From contig CASECI010000003.1 of NCBI GenBank assembly GCA_949286465.1, positions 1 through 63,054 on the forward strand: a DNA stretch of 63,054 nucleotides, given 5' to 3'. A program made the translations under genes and the position numbers. Shown here piece by piece: positions 39,025 to 50,851 of the stretch. Every line of letters starts with the position of its first letter. Positions within the stretch are counted from its first letter, which is position 1. The stretch is from an uncultured Alphaproteobacteria bacterium (GTDB lineage: Bacteria; Pseudomonadota; Alphaproteobacteria; CAAHEQ01; UBA3637). A model generated the notes under the pieces. That model was not told the DNA's origin. It saw only the letters and a program-made list of their open reading frames with translations, and ran no database searches.

Positions 39025-40082
39025 TCTTTGATGAAAACAGCAATATAAAAGCCGTCTGTTTGTGTTTGATAGGGAGAGAAACGTTTTTCTTTAAGAAGAC
39101 GAAAGTTCGGATGTCTTTCTAAGAAACTTTTCGTTTGATATTCGTTTTCGTCTAAAGTTATAGAACAAGTCATATAACATAATTTGTTTCGTGTTCTTTG
39201 CGCAGCTTTGTCTAAAATAGAAGATTGTGTTTTTTGAATATTTTGAAATTGTTCTTGTGTTAATTTCCATTTAGCATCAGGACAGCGTCTCCACGTACCT
39301 GTCCCTGAACAGGGCGCATCAACAATAACAGTATCAAATAAGTTAGAAGGAAGTTGGGTTGCAATTTCAATATTTGTTGCATGTGCACGTGTAGCTCTTT
39401 TGGCCAATTCTTTTAAACTTAAAAAAGAAATATCGTAGGCTGTAATACGACCCATATTTTTCATCATTTGAGATAAAATGAGGCTCTTTCCTCCAGCGCC
39501 GGCACACATATCTAGAATATTTTCTCCTGGCAGAACTTCTGTTTCTAGAGCAATAAGTTGAGAACCTTCATCTTGTACTTCAACAAGTCCTTTTCTAAAG
39601 GTCTCTGATGTACTTAGATTTTGACGTTTAGATAAGATTAATCCATAAGGCGACAATGTTGTAGGCGTTGTTTCAATGCCCTCTGAAGAAAGTTGCTTTT
39701 GAATTTCTTCACGATTGCCATTTGCACGTAAGATAATAGGAGCTGCTGGAATAAGAGCAGGCAGTTCTTTTTGTGGCTCCGGAATATGACTTAATAACCA
39801 CTCAGGACATTCTAATCGTACCCAATCAGGCATATCAGAAAAATCTTGTTCAGCAGTATCAAGAAGAGAAACTTGCTCTTCTATACTTTGAAAACGCCAA
39901 GATAAATGAGCATGATAGCGAAGCGCTTTCCAAACCATATTTGTTAAAGCTTTTCTGTCTTTTGATCCAATATAGCGGCGTGTTCTCGTATAAGCAGATA
40001 TAACTTCGCTGGCTGGGCGAGAGGTTTGTTGAATTTCTTTTAATAATTCAACTACTGCATTTTTTATTTGTTCTGGGTGCAT
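39021..40082 (-). CDS. RsmB/RsmF-family rRNA cytosine-C5 methyltransferase
   Basis: 353 aa. Contains DMCAGAGGKS, DAPCSGTGTWRR and MTCS. It lacks the long NusB-like N-terminus of E. coli RsmB. Confidence 0.75.
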   Translation of the reverse strand: MHPEQIKNAVVELLKEIQQTSRPASEVISAYTRTRRYIGSKDRKALTNMVWKALRYHAHLSWRFQSIEEQVSLLDTAEQDFSDMPDWVRLECPEWLLSHIPEPQKELPALIPAAPIILRANGNREEIQKQLSSEGIETTPTTLSPYGLILSKRQNLSTSETFRKGLVEVQDEGSQLIALETEVLPGENILDMCAGAGGKSLILSQMMKNMGRITAYDISFLSLKELAKRATRAHATNIEIATQLPSNLFDTVIVDAPCSGTGTWRRCPDAKWKLTQEQFQNIQKTQSSILDKAAQRTRNKLCYMTCSITLDENEYQTKSFLERHPNFRLLKEKRFSPYQTQTDGFYIAVFIKD

Positions 40083-40744
40083 TTAAATCCCTTTGCAACA
40101 ACATAATATTCGACGGAATCTTTCCGACTAGCAGGGGGTTTTACATGTTTAACAGAAGAAAAATTTTTTTTCATTTGTGCTAAAAATTGGCTGTCTGTTC
40201 CGCCCGCGAATATTTTTGCAATAAACCATCCGCCAGGATTTAAAACTTGTAAAGCAAAATCATACGCTAGTTCAATAAGATTCATTGTTCTAAGGTGATC
40301 AACAGACGGAATACCTGTTGTATTTGCAGCCATATCACTCATGACAACATCAGCAGGACCATTCATGATTTCCTTTAAAGCATCAGGAGCTTTTTCATCT
40401 GTAAAATCCATTTGTAGAAGTTTTGCTCCTTCAACAGGTTCCATGGGTAAAATATCTATTCCAAAGACAGTTGGGTGATTGGGTTGAGAATGAACACGTT
40501 TTACAGCAACTTGAGACCATCCTCCAGGAGCAGCTCCTAAATCAACGATTCTTTTATGCGGAGCAAAAAAATGAAACTGGTCATCTAATTCAATAATTTT
40601 AAAGGCGGCTCTTCCTCTATATCCTAAACGTTGAGCTTCTTTTACATATGGATCATTCAATTGACGTTGAAGCCAACGTGTAGAAGAAGCCTTGCGGCCT
40701 TTAGCAGTTTTAACACGTGTATGTAATAATCGATCAGACATCAT
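40064..40744 (-). CDS. rlmE: 23S rRNA U2552 2'-O-methyltransferase
   Basis: 226 aa. SSTRWLQRQLNDPYV, YRGRAAFK and DLGAAPGGWSQ are the FtsJ/RlmE signature. Confidence 0.92.
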   Translation of the reverse strand: MMSDRLLHTRVKTAKGRKASSTRWLQRQLNDPYVKEAQRLGYRGRAAFKIIELDDQFHFFAPHKRIVDLGAAPGGWSQVAVKRVHSQPNHPTVFGIDILPMEPVEGAKLLQMDFTDEKAPDALKEIMNGPADVVMSDMAANTTGIPSVDHLRTMNLIELAYDFALQVLNPGGWFIAKIFAGGTDSQFLAQMKKNFSSVKHVKPPASRKDSVEYYVVAKGFKCTQNK

Positions 40745-40799
40745 TTCCTCTGATTTATTGTTATAGAAAAGGCTTTAAAAGTCAATCTTTCTTTATCGA

Positions 40800-41897
<1,098 letters not shown>

Positions 41898-41986
41898 TTA
41901 CTTTGTTCTTGATATTTTGAATATTCATCAGTCTACAAAGTAAAAGTAACTATTTTGTTAATAAAACGACTCGAGGCAAAAAAATA

Positions 41987-42622
41987 TTATTTTTTTTGAG
42001 ATTGAAGTATTTTGGCAATAGGTGCATAAGATTTTCTATGATGAATCGTAATACCAAATTTTTGTAATCCAGCAATATGAGCGGGGGCTCCATATCCTGC
42101 ATTTTTTTCCCATCCATACATAGGAAATTCTTTGGCTAAATTCTGCATAATTCTATCTCGAGTTACTTTTGCTATGATAGAACCAGCAGCGATAGATAAA
42201 CTTAAAGCATCTCCATTGATGATAGCTTTTGCAGGCCAGCACCAGTTTGTCTTTGGTAATCGATTTCCATCAATTAAAGTAAAAGAGATGGAATATTTTT
42301 CTTGAATCTGTGAGACTGCTCGGTTCATAGCCAAAAAAGTTGCTTGGAGAATATTTAAGGAATCAATTTCGTCCACAGAAGCTTGTCCTACACCGATATA
42401 GGCTCCGCTTTTTTGTAGGAGTTCAAAAGCACGTTCTCTTTTTTTAGGTGTTAATTTTTTTGAGTCATTAATAAAAGGAATAAGCTCTTTAGCAATTTTT
42501 AAATCAGGGAAACAAACCGCTCCCGCTACAACAGGTCCAGCCCATGGTCCTCGTCCGGCTTCATCTACGCCAACAATCAATCCATTTATATTTAAGCTGT
42601 TTTCAATTTCAAAATTAGGCAT
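41987..42622 (-). CDS. rnhB: Ribonuclease HII
   Basis: 211 aa. Contains GVDEAGRGPWAGPVV, DSKKLT and ASIIAKV. Confidence 0.92.
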   Translation of the reverse strand: MPNFEIENSLNINGLIVGVDEAGRGPWAGPVVAGAVCFPDLKIAKELIPFINDSKKLTPKKRERAFELLQKSGAYIGVGQASVDEIDSLNILQATFLAMNRAVSQIQEKYSISFTLIDGNRLPKTNWCWPAKAIINGDALSLSIAAGSIIAKVTRDRIMQNLAKEFPMYGWEKNAGYGAPAHIAGLQKFGITIHHRKSYAPIAKILQSQKK

Positions 42623-42677
42623 AATTTTGTTTCCATTTTTTCTTGTAGTATCGTAATAAAGTATATTAAACCGAAAC

Positions 42678-45482
42678 TTATTTATTTAATATCCTTTTTA
42701 AGTATTGGCCTGTGTAGCTATGAGGATTATCTGCTATTTCTTCTGGAGTCCCTTGTGCAACAATGCGACCTCCATTATCTCCTCCGTCCGGACCCATGTC
42801 TATAATATAATCGGCGGTCTTTATAACATCTAAGTTGTGTTCTATGACAACGACGGTGTTTCCTTGTTCTACTAAGGCATGCAAAACTTCTAGCAATTTT
42901 TGAATGTCGGCAAAATGAAGACCTGTTGTCGGTTCGTCTAGAATATAAAGTGTTTTGCCGGTTGCTCGTTTAGAAAGTTCTTTGGCAAGTTTTATCCGCT
43001 GAGCTTCTCCGCCTGATAAAGTCGTCGCTGATTGACCTAGCTTAATATAACCTAACCCAACACGACGTAAAAGTTCGCATTTGTCTCGAATAGACGGCAT
43101 AGAACTGAAAAATTCATGGGCATCATCTACGGTCATATCTAGTACATCGGCGATTGATTTTCCTTTATATTGAATTTCTAGAGTTTCTCTATTATAACGT
43201 TGACCTTGACATTGATCACATTGAACATAGACATCGGGTAAAAAGTGCATTTCTATCTTGATAACACCATCGCCTTGACAGGCTTCACATCGACCGCCTT
43301 TTACATTAAATGAAAAACGACCCGCTTTATAGCCTCGAGCTTTGGCTTCTGGTAAGCCTGAAAACCATTCTCGAATAGGCGTAAACATGCCTGTGTACGT
43401 TGCAGGGTTAGAGCGAGGTGTTCGTCCAATTGGACTTTGATCTATATCTATGATTTTATCAATTTGTCCTATCCCGATAATTTTATCGTGCTCTCCGGGT
43501 AGTTCTCTGGACTTGTTAAGTATCTTGGAAATTCCTTTGTATAGGGTTTCTATGATAAGAGATGATTTTCCTCCTCCCGAGACACCTGTTACACAAGTTA
43601 ATGTCCCCAATGGGATTTCAGCTGTAATGTTTTTTAGGTTGTTAGCACGAGCTCCTTTTATAACGAGCTTTTGACCATTACCTTTTCGACGTTGCTGAGG
43701 AATACTGATTTGGCGCATTCCAGATAGATATTGCCCTGTGGTGCTTAAAGGATTATCTATAATTTGTTGAGGCGTTCCTTCCGCAACTATTTTTCCTCCA
43801 TGCGAACCAGCTTCCGGACCCATATCTATAACATAATCTGCAGAACGAATAGCATCCTCATCATGTTCTACGACAATGACGGTATTGCCAAGAGCTTTTA
43901 AATGTTGCAATGTTGCTAATAATCGGTCGTTATCTTTTTGATGAAGTCCAATAGATGGTTCATCAAGAACATATAAAACACCGGTTAGGCCTGATCCTAT
44001 TTGAGAGGCTAATCGAATGCGTTGGCTTTCTCCACCTGAGAGAGTTCCACTCATTCGATCTAAAGATAAATAGCCTAAGCCAACATTATTGAGGAAAGTC
44101 AAGCGTTCATTAATTTCCTTTAAAATTCGACTAGCAATTTCATTGTCTTTTTCTGATAACGTTTGACTTACTTCTTTAAACCATTTGAGTGCATTTTCTA
44201 TAGATTGATGTGTCGCTTCTGAAATATTTTTGCCGGCTATCTTGATACACAGAGCTTCTGCTTTTAAACGTTCGCCATGACAAACTTCACAAGGAGCATT
44301 ATTTTGGAATTTTGAAATTTCTTCTCTCATCCAATCTGAACCCGTTTCAAGATACCGACGTTCCATATTGGGAATAACACCTTCATATTGCCTTGCTTTA
44401 GGAGTTCCATATAAGATCGCATGTTGAATCTCCGGCGGTAAATCTTTCCACGGAGTATTTAAATCAATGTGAAAAAGACGCGAAATGTGTTTAAGGGCAT
44501 ATTCATGCCATTGATATATTTCTCCACTAGAGGATGTCCAAGGGGCAATAGCTCCATTTCTTAATGATTTTGTTGGATCAGGTATAACTAGTTCCGGATC
44601 AATATAAAGTTTTACACCTAATCCATCGCAAGCTGGACAGGCACCATGGGGATTATTAAAGGAGAAAATTCGAGGCTCGATCTCGGCTATGGTAAAGCCA
44701 GAAACCGGACAAGCAAATTTAGAAGATAATAGAAAGCTAGAATTATCGGTTAAGTTTTCTACTGTGACTAAGCCATCTGATAAATCTAGAGCAGTTTCAA
44801 CGGAAGATGCTATTCGCGTTTGAAGATTCGGCTTAATGACAAGACGGTCTACTAAAACTTCAATATCATGTTTATTGTTTTTATTTAATTCGGGGACATC
44901 TGCAATTTCATAAAGTTGCCCATCTATTTTTAATCGATTGAACCCTTTTTTTTGCCATTCCTTTATTTCTTTTTTGTATTCACCTTTTCTTCCTCGTACA
45001 ACAGGAGCAAGAATATATATCTTATTTCCTTCCGGCAAGGATTGAATACGATCAACCATTTGTGTAACAGTCTGACTTTCAATAGGAAGACCTGTCGCAG
45101 GAGAATAAGGAACACCAATTCTGGCCCATAAAAGTCTCATATAGTCATAGATTTCTGTTACTGTTCCAACTGTAGAGCGGGGATTTTTAGAAGTTGTTTT
45201 TTGTTCAATGGAGATAGCAGGGGACAATCCTTCAATTAAATCGACATCAGGTTTTTTCATCAGCTCTAAGAATTGACGAGCATAAGCCGAAAGACTTTCT
45301 ACGTACCGACGTTGGCCTTCGGCATATATTGTATCAAACGCTAAAGATGATTTCCCTGAACCAGATAAACCGGTAATAACAACAAGTTTGTCTTTAGGAA
45401 TATCTACATCAACATTTTTGAGGTTATGTTCACGTGCACCTCGAATTTTTATATAAGAAGACATGATTTCTTTTCCATTCAT
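42678..45482 (-). CDS. uvrA: Excinuclease ABC subunit A
   Basis: 934 aa. [11 protein letters not shown], two ABC modules ([23 protein letters not shown] x2) and zinc-finger Cys clusters are present. An alternative start is ATG 45464. Confidence 0.96.
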   Translation of the reverse strand: MNGKEIMSSYIKIRGAREHNLKNVDVDIPKDKLVVITGLSGSGKSSLAFDTIYAEGQRRYVESLSAYARQFLELMKKPDVDLIEGLSPAISIEQKTTSKNPRSTVGTVTEIYDYMRLLWARIGVPYSPATGLPIESQTVTQMVDRIQSLPEGNKIYILAPVVRGRKGEYKKEIKEWQKKGFNRLKIDGQLYEIADVPELNKNNKHDIEVLVDRLVIKPNLQTRIASSVETALDLSDGLVTVENLTDNSSFLLSSKFACPVSGFTIAEIEPRIFSFNNPHGACPACDGLGVKLYIDPELVIPDPTKSLRNGAIAPWTSSSGEIYQWHEYALKHISRLFHIDLNTPWKDLPPEIQHAILYGTPKARQYEGVIPNMERRYLETGSDWMREEISKFQNNAPCEVCHGERLKAEALCIKIAGKNISEATHQSIENALKWFKEVSQTLSEKDNEIASRILKEINERLTFLNNVGLGYLSLDRMSGTLSGGESQRIRLASQIGSGLTGVLYVLDEPSIGLHQKDNDRLLATLQHLKALGNTVIVVEHDEDAIRSADYVIDMGPEAGSHGGKIVAEGTPQQIIDNPLSTTGQYLSGMRQISIPQQRRKGNGQKLVIKGARANNLKNITAEIPLGTLTCVTGVSGGGKSSLIIETLYKGISKILNKSRELPGEHDKIIGIGQIDKIIDIDQSPIGRTPRSNPATYTGMFTPIREWFSGLPEAKARGYKAGRFSFNVKGGRCEACQGDGVIKIEMHFLPDVYVQCDQCQGQRYNRETLEIQYKGKSIADVLDMTVDDAHEFFSSMPSIRDKCELLRRVGLGYIKLGQSATTLSGGEAQRIKLAKELSKRATGKTLYILDEPTTGLHFADIQKLLEVLHALVEQGNTVVVIEHNLDVIKTADYIIDMGPDGGDNGGRIVAQGTPEEIADNPHSYTGQYLKRILNK

Positions 45483-45571
45483 TATTTTCTTCAGTATATG
45501 AAAAATGAATTAAAAAATCAATGAGAAAGGACTTTTTACTTCTTTACTTTTATTTTAAGAGTATTGCTTTG

Positions 45572-46720
45572 TTATAATTTTTGAAACAAAGGAATTAAAT
45601 CTATTCTCTCCCAAGAGAATGTTCCATCATTTCCCGCATTCCTTCCAAAATGGCCATAACTTGCGGTTGGAAGAAATATCGGTTTATTTAATCCAAGCTG
45701 CTGGCGCATTCCTTTTGGCGTTAAATCAATTTCTTTTTCAATGAAGTGGGTAAGGTGTTCATCTGAAACTTGTCCAGTTCCAAAAGTATTGACATAAACA
45801 GAAAGAGGCTGAATCATTCCGATAGCATAAGAAACTTGAATAAGGCATTTATTTGCTAGACCACTTGCAACAATGTTTTTAGCAATATAACGAGCCATGT
45901 AAGCGGCAGTTCTGTCTACTTTCGTAGAATCTTTTCCTGAAAAAGCTCCGCCACCGTGAGGGGCGGCTCCACCATATGTGTCTACAATTATTTTACGTCC
46001 CGTAAGTCCTGTATCTCCTTCTGGACCTCCAATAACAAATCGACCGGTTGGATTGATATAAATTTTGTCATAAGAGCAAAGAATTTCTTGAGGAATTGTT
46101 TTTTCTACAATTTGTAACACAATTTCGCGAACTTGATTAAGTGTTATATCTTCGTGATGTTGAGTGGAAACAACGATATTATCTATGGCAACAGGCTTTT
46201 CATCTTGATACACAAAAGTAATTTGACTTTTAGCATCAGGGCCTAACTCTTGAAAAAGATTCTTGTGTCTTTCTTCTGACAAGTTCTTCAAAAGACGATG
46301 AGCATAAAAAATAGGGGCGGGCATAAAGTTTGTTTGAGTATCTTCATTCGTTGCATACCCGAACATAATTCCTTGATCACCGGCACCATCTCGATCAACG
46401 CCAAGAGCAATATCCGCACTTTGGGTATGAAGGTAATTTTCTATCGTTACTGTTTCCCAGTTAAAACCAGGTTGCTCATACCCGATATTTCGAACAACAC
46501 AACGAACCGTTTCTTCAATCTCTTCTGAAGAGATAGGAGCCATTAAACGTGTCTCTCCAGATAAAATAATCCGATTGGTTGTTGCCATTGTTTCAACAGC
46601 AACACGAGCGTTTTCATCTTTTTTTAACATGAGGTCTAAAAGGGCATCAGAAATTTGATCACAAACTTTATCTGGATGTCCTTCTGAAACTGATTCTGAA
46701 GTAAATAAATAAGAACTCAT
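45572..46720 (-). CDS. metK: S-adenosylmethionine synthase
   Basis: FTSESVSEGHPDK, GAGDQG and GGGAFSGKD motifs. ATG 46720 is preceded by AGGAGA. The ORF track's longer start at 46750 is less likely. Confidence 0.95.
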   Translation of the reverse strand: MSSYLFTSESVSEGHPDKVCDQISDALLDLMLKKDENARVAVETMATTNRIILSGETRLMAPISSEEIEETVRCVVRNIGYEQPGFNWETVTIENYLHTQSADIALGVDRDGAGDQGIMFGYATNEDTQTNFMPAPIFYAHRLLKNLSEERHKNLFQELGPDAKSQITFVYQDEKPVAIDNIVVSTQHHEDITLNQVREIVLQIVEKTIPQEILCSYDKIYINPTGRFVIGGPEGDTGLTGRKIIVDTYGGAAPHGGGAFSGKDSTKVDRTAAYMARYIAKNIVASGLANKCLIQVSYAIGMIQPLSVYVNTFGTGQVSDEHLTHFIEKEIDLTPKGMRQQLGLNKPIFLPTASYGHFGRNAGNDGTFSWERIDLIPLFQKL

Positions 46721-46806
46721 CTTTTCTCCTTTTTTTATAAACTTACTCAAAAAGCTTGATTAGGTCTAGTTTTTTTTGTAAATTACAATTTTAAGGAGAG
46801 TGTTCA

Positions 46807-47730
46807 ATGGGAATTGCTCGAAAAATTAAACACTTTAAAAATACTTATATAGGAACTCGTCTCTATGGCGTAAAACATTATAATTGGTGGATTGAAACAG
46901 ATAATGAAGGGTGGTTCGCAAGATTTATTTCTCACCGTTTTTCGGAAAAAGAAGCTCGACAATTTAGTCTTGTGTCTGTGTTTGGAAAAAGACAAACTTT
47001 TTGGTTTAATCGAAAAGAAAAAAAAATATTTTATACAGGAGAAAATGTAAAACGCTATCCTGAATATTTAGATCATGCTCTTCCTTATACAGTATTATCT
47101 ATGGGATTTGATTACTTAGACCACCCTAAGTATATTCGCTTTCCTTTATGGATTGCTTATTTATTTGATGGGACAGAAACATTAGAGGAATTACACCATA
47201 AAGTTGAAGTTATAAATAAGGCACATTATGCCAAGACAGATTTTGCAAGCTTAATTGCCCGTCACGAAGGAGATACAGGATTACGGAAAGAATTGTATCA
47301 AGCTATAAATTCTATAGCCCCTATTTCTTGTGCAGGATCTTTTTTACATAATGATGATCGATTATGGAAAGATTTTAATAATCAAAAAATTGATTATCTT
47401 CGCCAGTTCCAATTTTCTATTTGTCCCGAAAACAGTAATAGTTATGGATATGTGACTGAAAAGGTTTTTGAGGCATTTAAGGCTAGAACAGTTCCAATTT
47501 ACTGGGGATCGAACAATCAAGTTGAAGTAGGACTTGTAAATCAGGATGCAATTTTGTTTTGGAAACAAGGAGATAATAATCTAAAAGTTTTAGAGACAAT
47601 TAATGATTTATATACACATCCTAAACATTATGATGACTTTATTGCTCAGTCTCCATTACTTCCGGATTTGGCAGATTATGTTTTTGATACATATCAAAAA
47701 GTTGAAAACCATTTAAGAAGATTGCTTTAA
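46807..47730 (+). CDS. GT10-family glycosyltransferase (alpha-1,3/4-fucosyltransferase-like)
   Basis: 307 aa. FQFSICPENSNSYGYVTEKVFEAFKARTVPIYWG matches the FxxxxENSxxxxYxTEK fucosyltransferase motif. Confidence 0.6.
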   Translation: MGIARKIKHFKNTYIGTRLYGVKHYNWWIETDNEGWFARFISHRFSEKEARQFSLVSVFGKRQTFWFNRKEKKIFYTGENVKRYPEYLDHALPYTVLSMGFDYLDHPKYIRFPLWIAYLFDGTETLEELHHKVEVINKAHYAKTDFASLIARHEGDTGLRKELYQAINSIAPISCAGSFLHNDDRLWKDFNNQKIDYLRQFQFSICPENSNSYGYVTEKVFEAFKARTVPIYWGSNNQVEVGLVNQDAILFWKQGDNNLKVLETINDLYTHPKHYDDFIAQSPLLPDLADYVFDTYQKVENHLRRLL

Positions 47731-47897
47731 TTTACATTTATTTATTCTCAGATGAGCAGCTTAAATGATAGACTTTTTCTTGTCTTATAAATAAATAATA
47801 AGATGGTATGTTCTCCTACTTGCTAAAATTATAAAAATATATTAAAGGTTGTTTATATGTTTTAAAATACAATCAAAAGTATGTTTTGGAAATACTC

Positions 47898-48950
47898 ATG
47901 AAAACAATTTTACATATCGGACAATTTAATCAATTAAAATTAAAACGTTGCTTTATGAATCAAATTGCACCTAAAATCTCGAATGGATTAGTTCGTAATG
48001 GATATAATGTTTTAAATTATAATGACAGAGATTTGCTTAGGTACTTTAGTTTTGGAATATTTAAAAAGATAGGTTTAGTTAGATTAAATCATCATTTGAT
48101 AAAATACTGTTTAAAAACATTACCGGATGCAATTATTCTTGGGCATGCAGATACAATATATCCAAAGACTTTGAAGCAAATAAGAGAATTACTGCCGCAA
48201 GTTCGTATTTTACAATATAATGTAGACTGGATACTTCCGGAATGTGAGCAAGGGAATATAGATCGTATTAAATCTAAATTAGATGTAGTTGATATAACAC
48301 TCATAACGACAGGCGATAGGGACTTACTTCAGCAATTTAAACAACCTGGAAAGATAGTTGGTTATTTACCAAATCCAACGGATTGTTCTATTGAAACGAT
48401 GAATATGTTTGAAGAAGAAAATCCTATTGCCGATGTTTATTATTGTGCAGGTAATGAGACAAGGCAATTCGGGGATGATGAGATTTCTGCAAGTGAAGTG
48501 ATTTCCTATATTCGTAAGAAACTACCTCAACTTAAATTATTTTCTGCAGGAATGACCCCATCTACACAGCTGAGCGGAGCAAATTATCAAAATTCTTTTT
48601 CTTTTTCTGGTATGGGTCTCAATATTAGCCGACGTAATGATGTGTATTTATATTCATCAGATAGATTAGCCCATATTATGGGGAATGGGCTTTTATGTTT
48701 TATTGATAAGAGGACGGGGTTCAATCAATTGTTTAGTAAAGATGAGGTTGTTTTTTATGAAAATCCCGAGGATTTATGTAACAAGCTACAATATTATAAA
48801 GAACATCCTTTGGAACGGCAAAAGATAGCGAAAAAAGGCTGTCTAAAATATCGGCAGAATTTTAATGAACGTATAATTGCTCATTATATGACGGATTTAC
48901 TCTTCCAAACATTTGATGCAAGCAAATATCCATTTCCAACGGTTATCTAA
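47898..48950 (+). CDS. CgeB-like / GT1-related glycosyltransferase, paralogue A
   Basis: About half of the aligned residues are identical by eye to ORF 51534..52613 (both N- and C-termini). The C-terminal DEVVFYENPEDLCNKLQYYKEHP...AKKG resembles the CgeB/Glyco_trans_1_2 tail. The ORF track starts at TTG 47886. Confidence 0.5.
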   Translation: MKTILHIGQFNQLKLKRCFMNQIAPKISNGLVRNGYNVLNYNDRDLLRYFSFGIFKKIGLVRLNHHLIKYCLKTLPDAIILGHADTIYPKTLKQIRELLPQVRILQYNVDWILPECEQGNIDRIKSKLDVVDITLITTGDRDLLQQFKQPGKIVGYLPNPTDCSIETMNMFEEENPIADVYYCAGNETRQFGDDEISASEVISYIRKKLPQLKLFSAGMTPSTQLSGANYQNSFSFSGMGLNISRRNDVYLYSSDRLAHIMGNGLLCFIDKRTGFNQLFSKDEVVFYENPEDLCNKLQYYKEHPLERQKIAKKGCLKYRQNFNERIIAHYMTDLLFQTFDASKYPFPTVI

Positions 48951-49736
48951 ATGAAATTATCTGTTTATATAGTTACATTAAATGAAATAGGAAGGTTAGA
49001 AAGAACGATTCACGCGGCTCAACAAGTTGCTGATGAAGTTGTTGTTGTAGATAGTGGAAGTACTGATGGAACAACAGAATTAGCTAAAAATTTAGGGGCA
49101 AGAGTTGTTTATCATCGTTGGAAAAATATATCAGCACAGAAACAATTTGCACAAAATCAATGCCATCATGATTGGGTTTTGTCCCTAGATGCAGATGAAG
49201 TTTTATCAGAGGAATTGATTAAAGAGATTAAAGAATTAAAAAAAGATCCAAAATATCAAGCTTATAAAATTCGAATAGGAGATATGTTTCCCGGTTTTAA
49301 AAAACCATCACGATTAGCCCCCAAATATAATCTTGTTCGACTTTATAATCGACAAACATCAACAATGCCAGATGATTTGACTCATGATAGAGTAAAAGTT
49401 GATAGAAATGTTGAAATAGGTCAATTGAAAGGCATCATATATCATTATTCTTACTTGTCATTACACCAAACATGGATAAAATATAATTTATATACAGATG
49501 AACTTGTTAAAACGGCTTTAATTCAACAGAAAAAATATTCTAAAATACGCTTGTTTACAGAGTTTCCTCGGCAATTTTTTATTTATTATCTGATACGTCG
49601 TCAAATTTTTAATGGCGTATGGGGATTTATTATGGCGACAACACTTGCTTATTTTCGTTTTTTAAAAATAGCCAAATATTTTGAAGCAAAAGAAGGCTTA
49701 ACACTTCGCAAGGATACTTTGGATAAGTTTGTCTAA
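48951..49736 (+). CDS. GT2-family glycosyltransferase (LPS core WaaE/KdtX-like)
   Basis: 261 aa. LSVYIVTLNE...VVVVDSGSTDGT...LSLDADE contains the GT2 DxD-type motifs. Confidence 0.75.
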   Translation: MKLSVYIVTLNEIGRLERTIHAAQQVADEVVVVDSGSTDGTTELAKNLGARVVYHRWKNISAQKQFAQNQCHHDWVLSLDADEVLSEELIKEIKELKKDPKYQAYKIRIGDMFPGFKKPSRLAPKYNLVRLYNRQTSTMPDDLTHDRVKVDRNVEIGQLKGIIYHYSYLSLHQTWIKYNLYTDELVKTALIQQKKYSKIRLFTEFPRQFFIYYLIRRQIFNGVWGFIMATTLAYFRFLKIAKYFEAKEGLTLRKDTLDKFV

Positions 49737-50735
49737 TTCAACACAAAAAGAGGGAAATGCATAATATTGTTCAACGACATCTCTTCCTTTTTGTCCCATT
49801 TCTAAAGCTTTTTGAGGATTCTTGATCATATATTCTAAAGCTTCAGCCATTTTTTCTACATCATCGATAGGACAAATAAGACCCGTTTCTCCAGAAACAA
49901 TCATTTCTTTAGGACCCGCACAGCATGTTGATACAACGGGACAAGAACGAACCATTGCTTCTAAGACGACGGTTCCAAATGGTTCGGTCCGAGAAGATAA
50001 ACAGAAAACGTCAATTTTGTCATAAAAATCTTCTTTGTCTTTAATCCAACCAATAAAAGAAACAGACTTATCTAGGTTGAGTTTATGACACAAATCTAAT
50101 AAATTTTCTTTTTCTGGTCCATCTCCTCCAATAATGAGTTTAAAGGATACTTTTTTTTCTTTCAGTTTTTTTGCCGCTCGTAATAATGTATCGTAAGCTT
50201 TATTAATATGTAAGCGGCCCATTGTTCCAATAACGGGTGTTTTATGGAATTGAGGTTTTCTTCTTTTGATTAACGGAACTGTATTAGGTAAATAGAAAAC
50301 TTTTTTCTTCGTTATGTCCCCTAATTCTTTTTGCCAATATTTTGTTGTAGCAATAGCATAGTCCATAATTGGGAGGTATTTACAATCAAAATTATGAGCT
50401 TTACCAACTAAGGGAGCAGGTGATTTAAAAATATGCTTTAAAATAGGGTAACGCATTAATCTCATGATGCGATTTCCATGCAAAAAAACAACATCAGGTT
50501 TAATTTTGCGTAGGAGAAATGCAATTTTAAGTGCATTAAAAGGATTGAAAACGGAACGACTTTTCATTAAATGAAGATGTACGCCTAAAGCCATTAATTC
50601 TGGTAAATAGGGCGAATCAGCCATATAAAGAGCGTGAACCTCATGTCCATTATGAATGAGGGCTTTGATATATGTAACAGACATCTGTTCCATACCTCCC
50701 ATGCCGGAGGCAAGCATAGCATTTAAAATTCTCAT
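49698..50735 (-). CDS. GT4-family (GT-B) glycosyltransferase
   Basis: 345 aa. The C-terminal SRTEPFGTVVLEAMVRSCPVVST...GETG is the E-x7-E region. Confidence 0.75.
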   Translation of the reverse strand: MRILNAMLASGMGGMEQMSVTYIKALIHNGHEVHALYMADSPYLPELMALGVHLHLMKSRSVFNPFNALKIAFLLRKIKPDVVFLHGNRIMRLMRYPILKHIFKSPAPLVGKAHNFDCKYLPIMDYAIATTKYWQKELGDITKKKVFYLPNTVPLIKRRKPQFHKTPVIGTMGRLHINKAYDTLLRAAKKLKEKKVSFKLIIGGDGPEKENLLDLCHKLNLDKSVSFIGWIKDKEDFYDKIDVFCLSSRTEPFGTVVLEAMVRSCPVVSTCCAGPKEMIVSGETGLICPIDDVEKMAEALEYMIKNPQKALEMGQKGRDVVEQYYAFPSFCVELDKLIQSILAKC

Positions 50736-50851
50736 AATTTATTCCTTAGATTATGAATGTATGATAAAAGGGGCTTATTTGAAAGTCAAGATAGATATTT
50801 TCTACTTGAATAGAATACTATTTCGGTATAGTGTTGAAGTCGAATAAAGGA

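Noticed and set aside
41946-41972. Possible CtrA box (TTAACAAAATAGTTAC on the minus strand) and a GANTC site (GAGTC, 41968-41972) upstream of ccrM
   Set aside because: The second half-site is GTTA rather than TTAA, so it is only a partial match to TTAA-N7-TTAA. In AT-rich DNA such near-matches are expected by chance.
46721-46806. Possible SAM riboswitch in the metK leader
   Set aside because: The leader is under 90 nt, and I could not find the conserved SAM-II/SAM-V pseudoknot elements. It contains only a generic AAGCTT.
47018-47026. A9 run inside the GT10 gene as a possible slipped-strand switch, by analogy with H. pylori fucosyltransferase tracts
   Set aside because: A/T runs of 8-10 nt are frequent throughout this AT-rich window, including in housekeeping genes and intergenic DNA. 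The gene is in frame, so there is no specific support.
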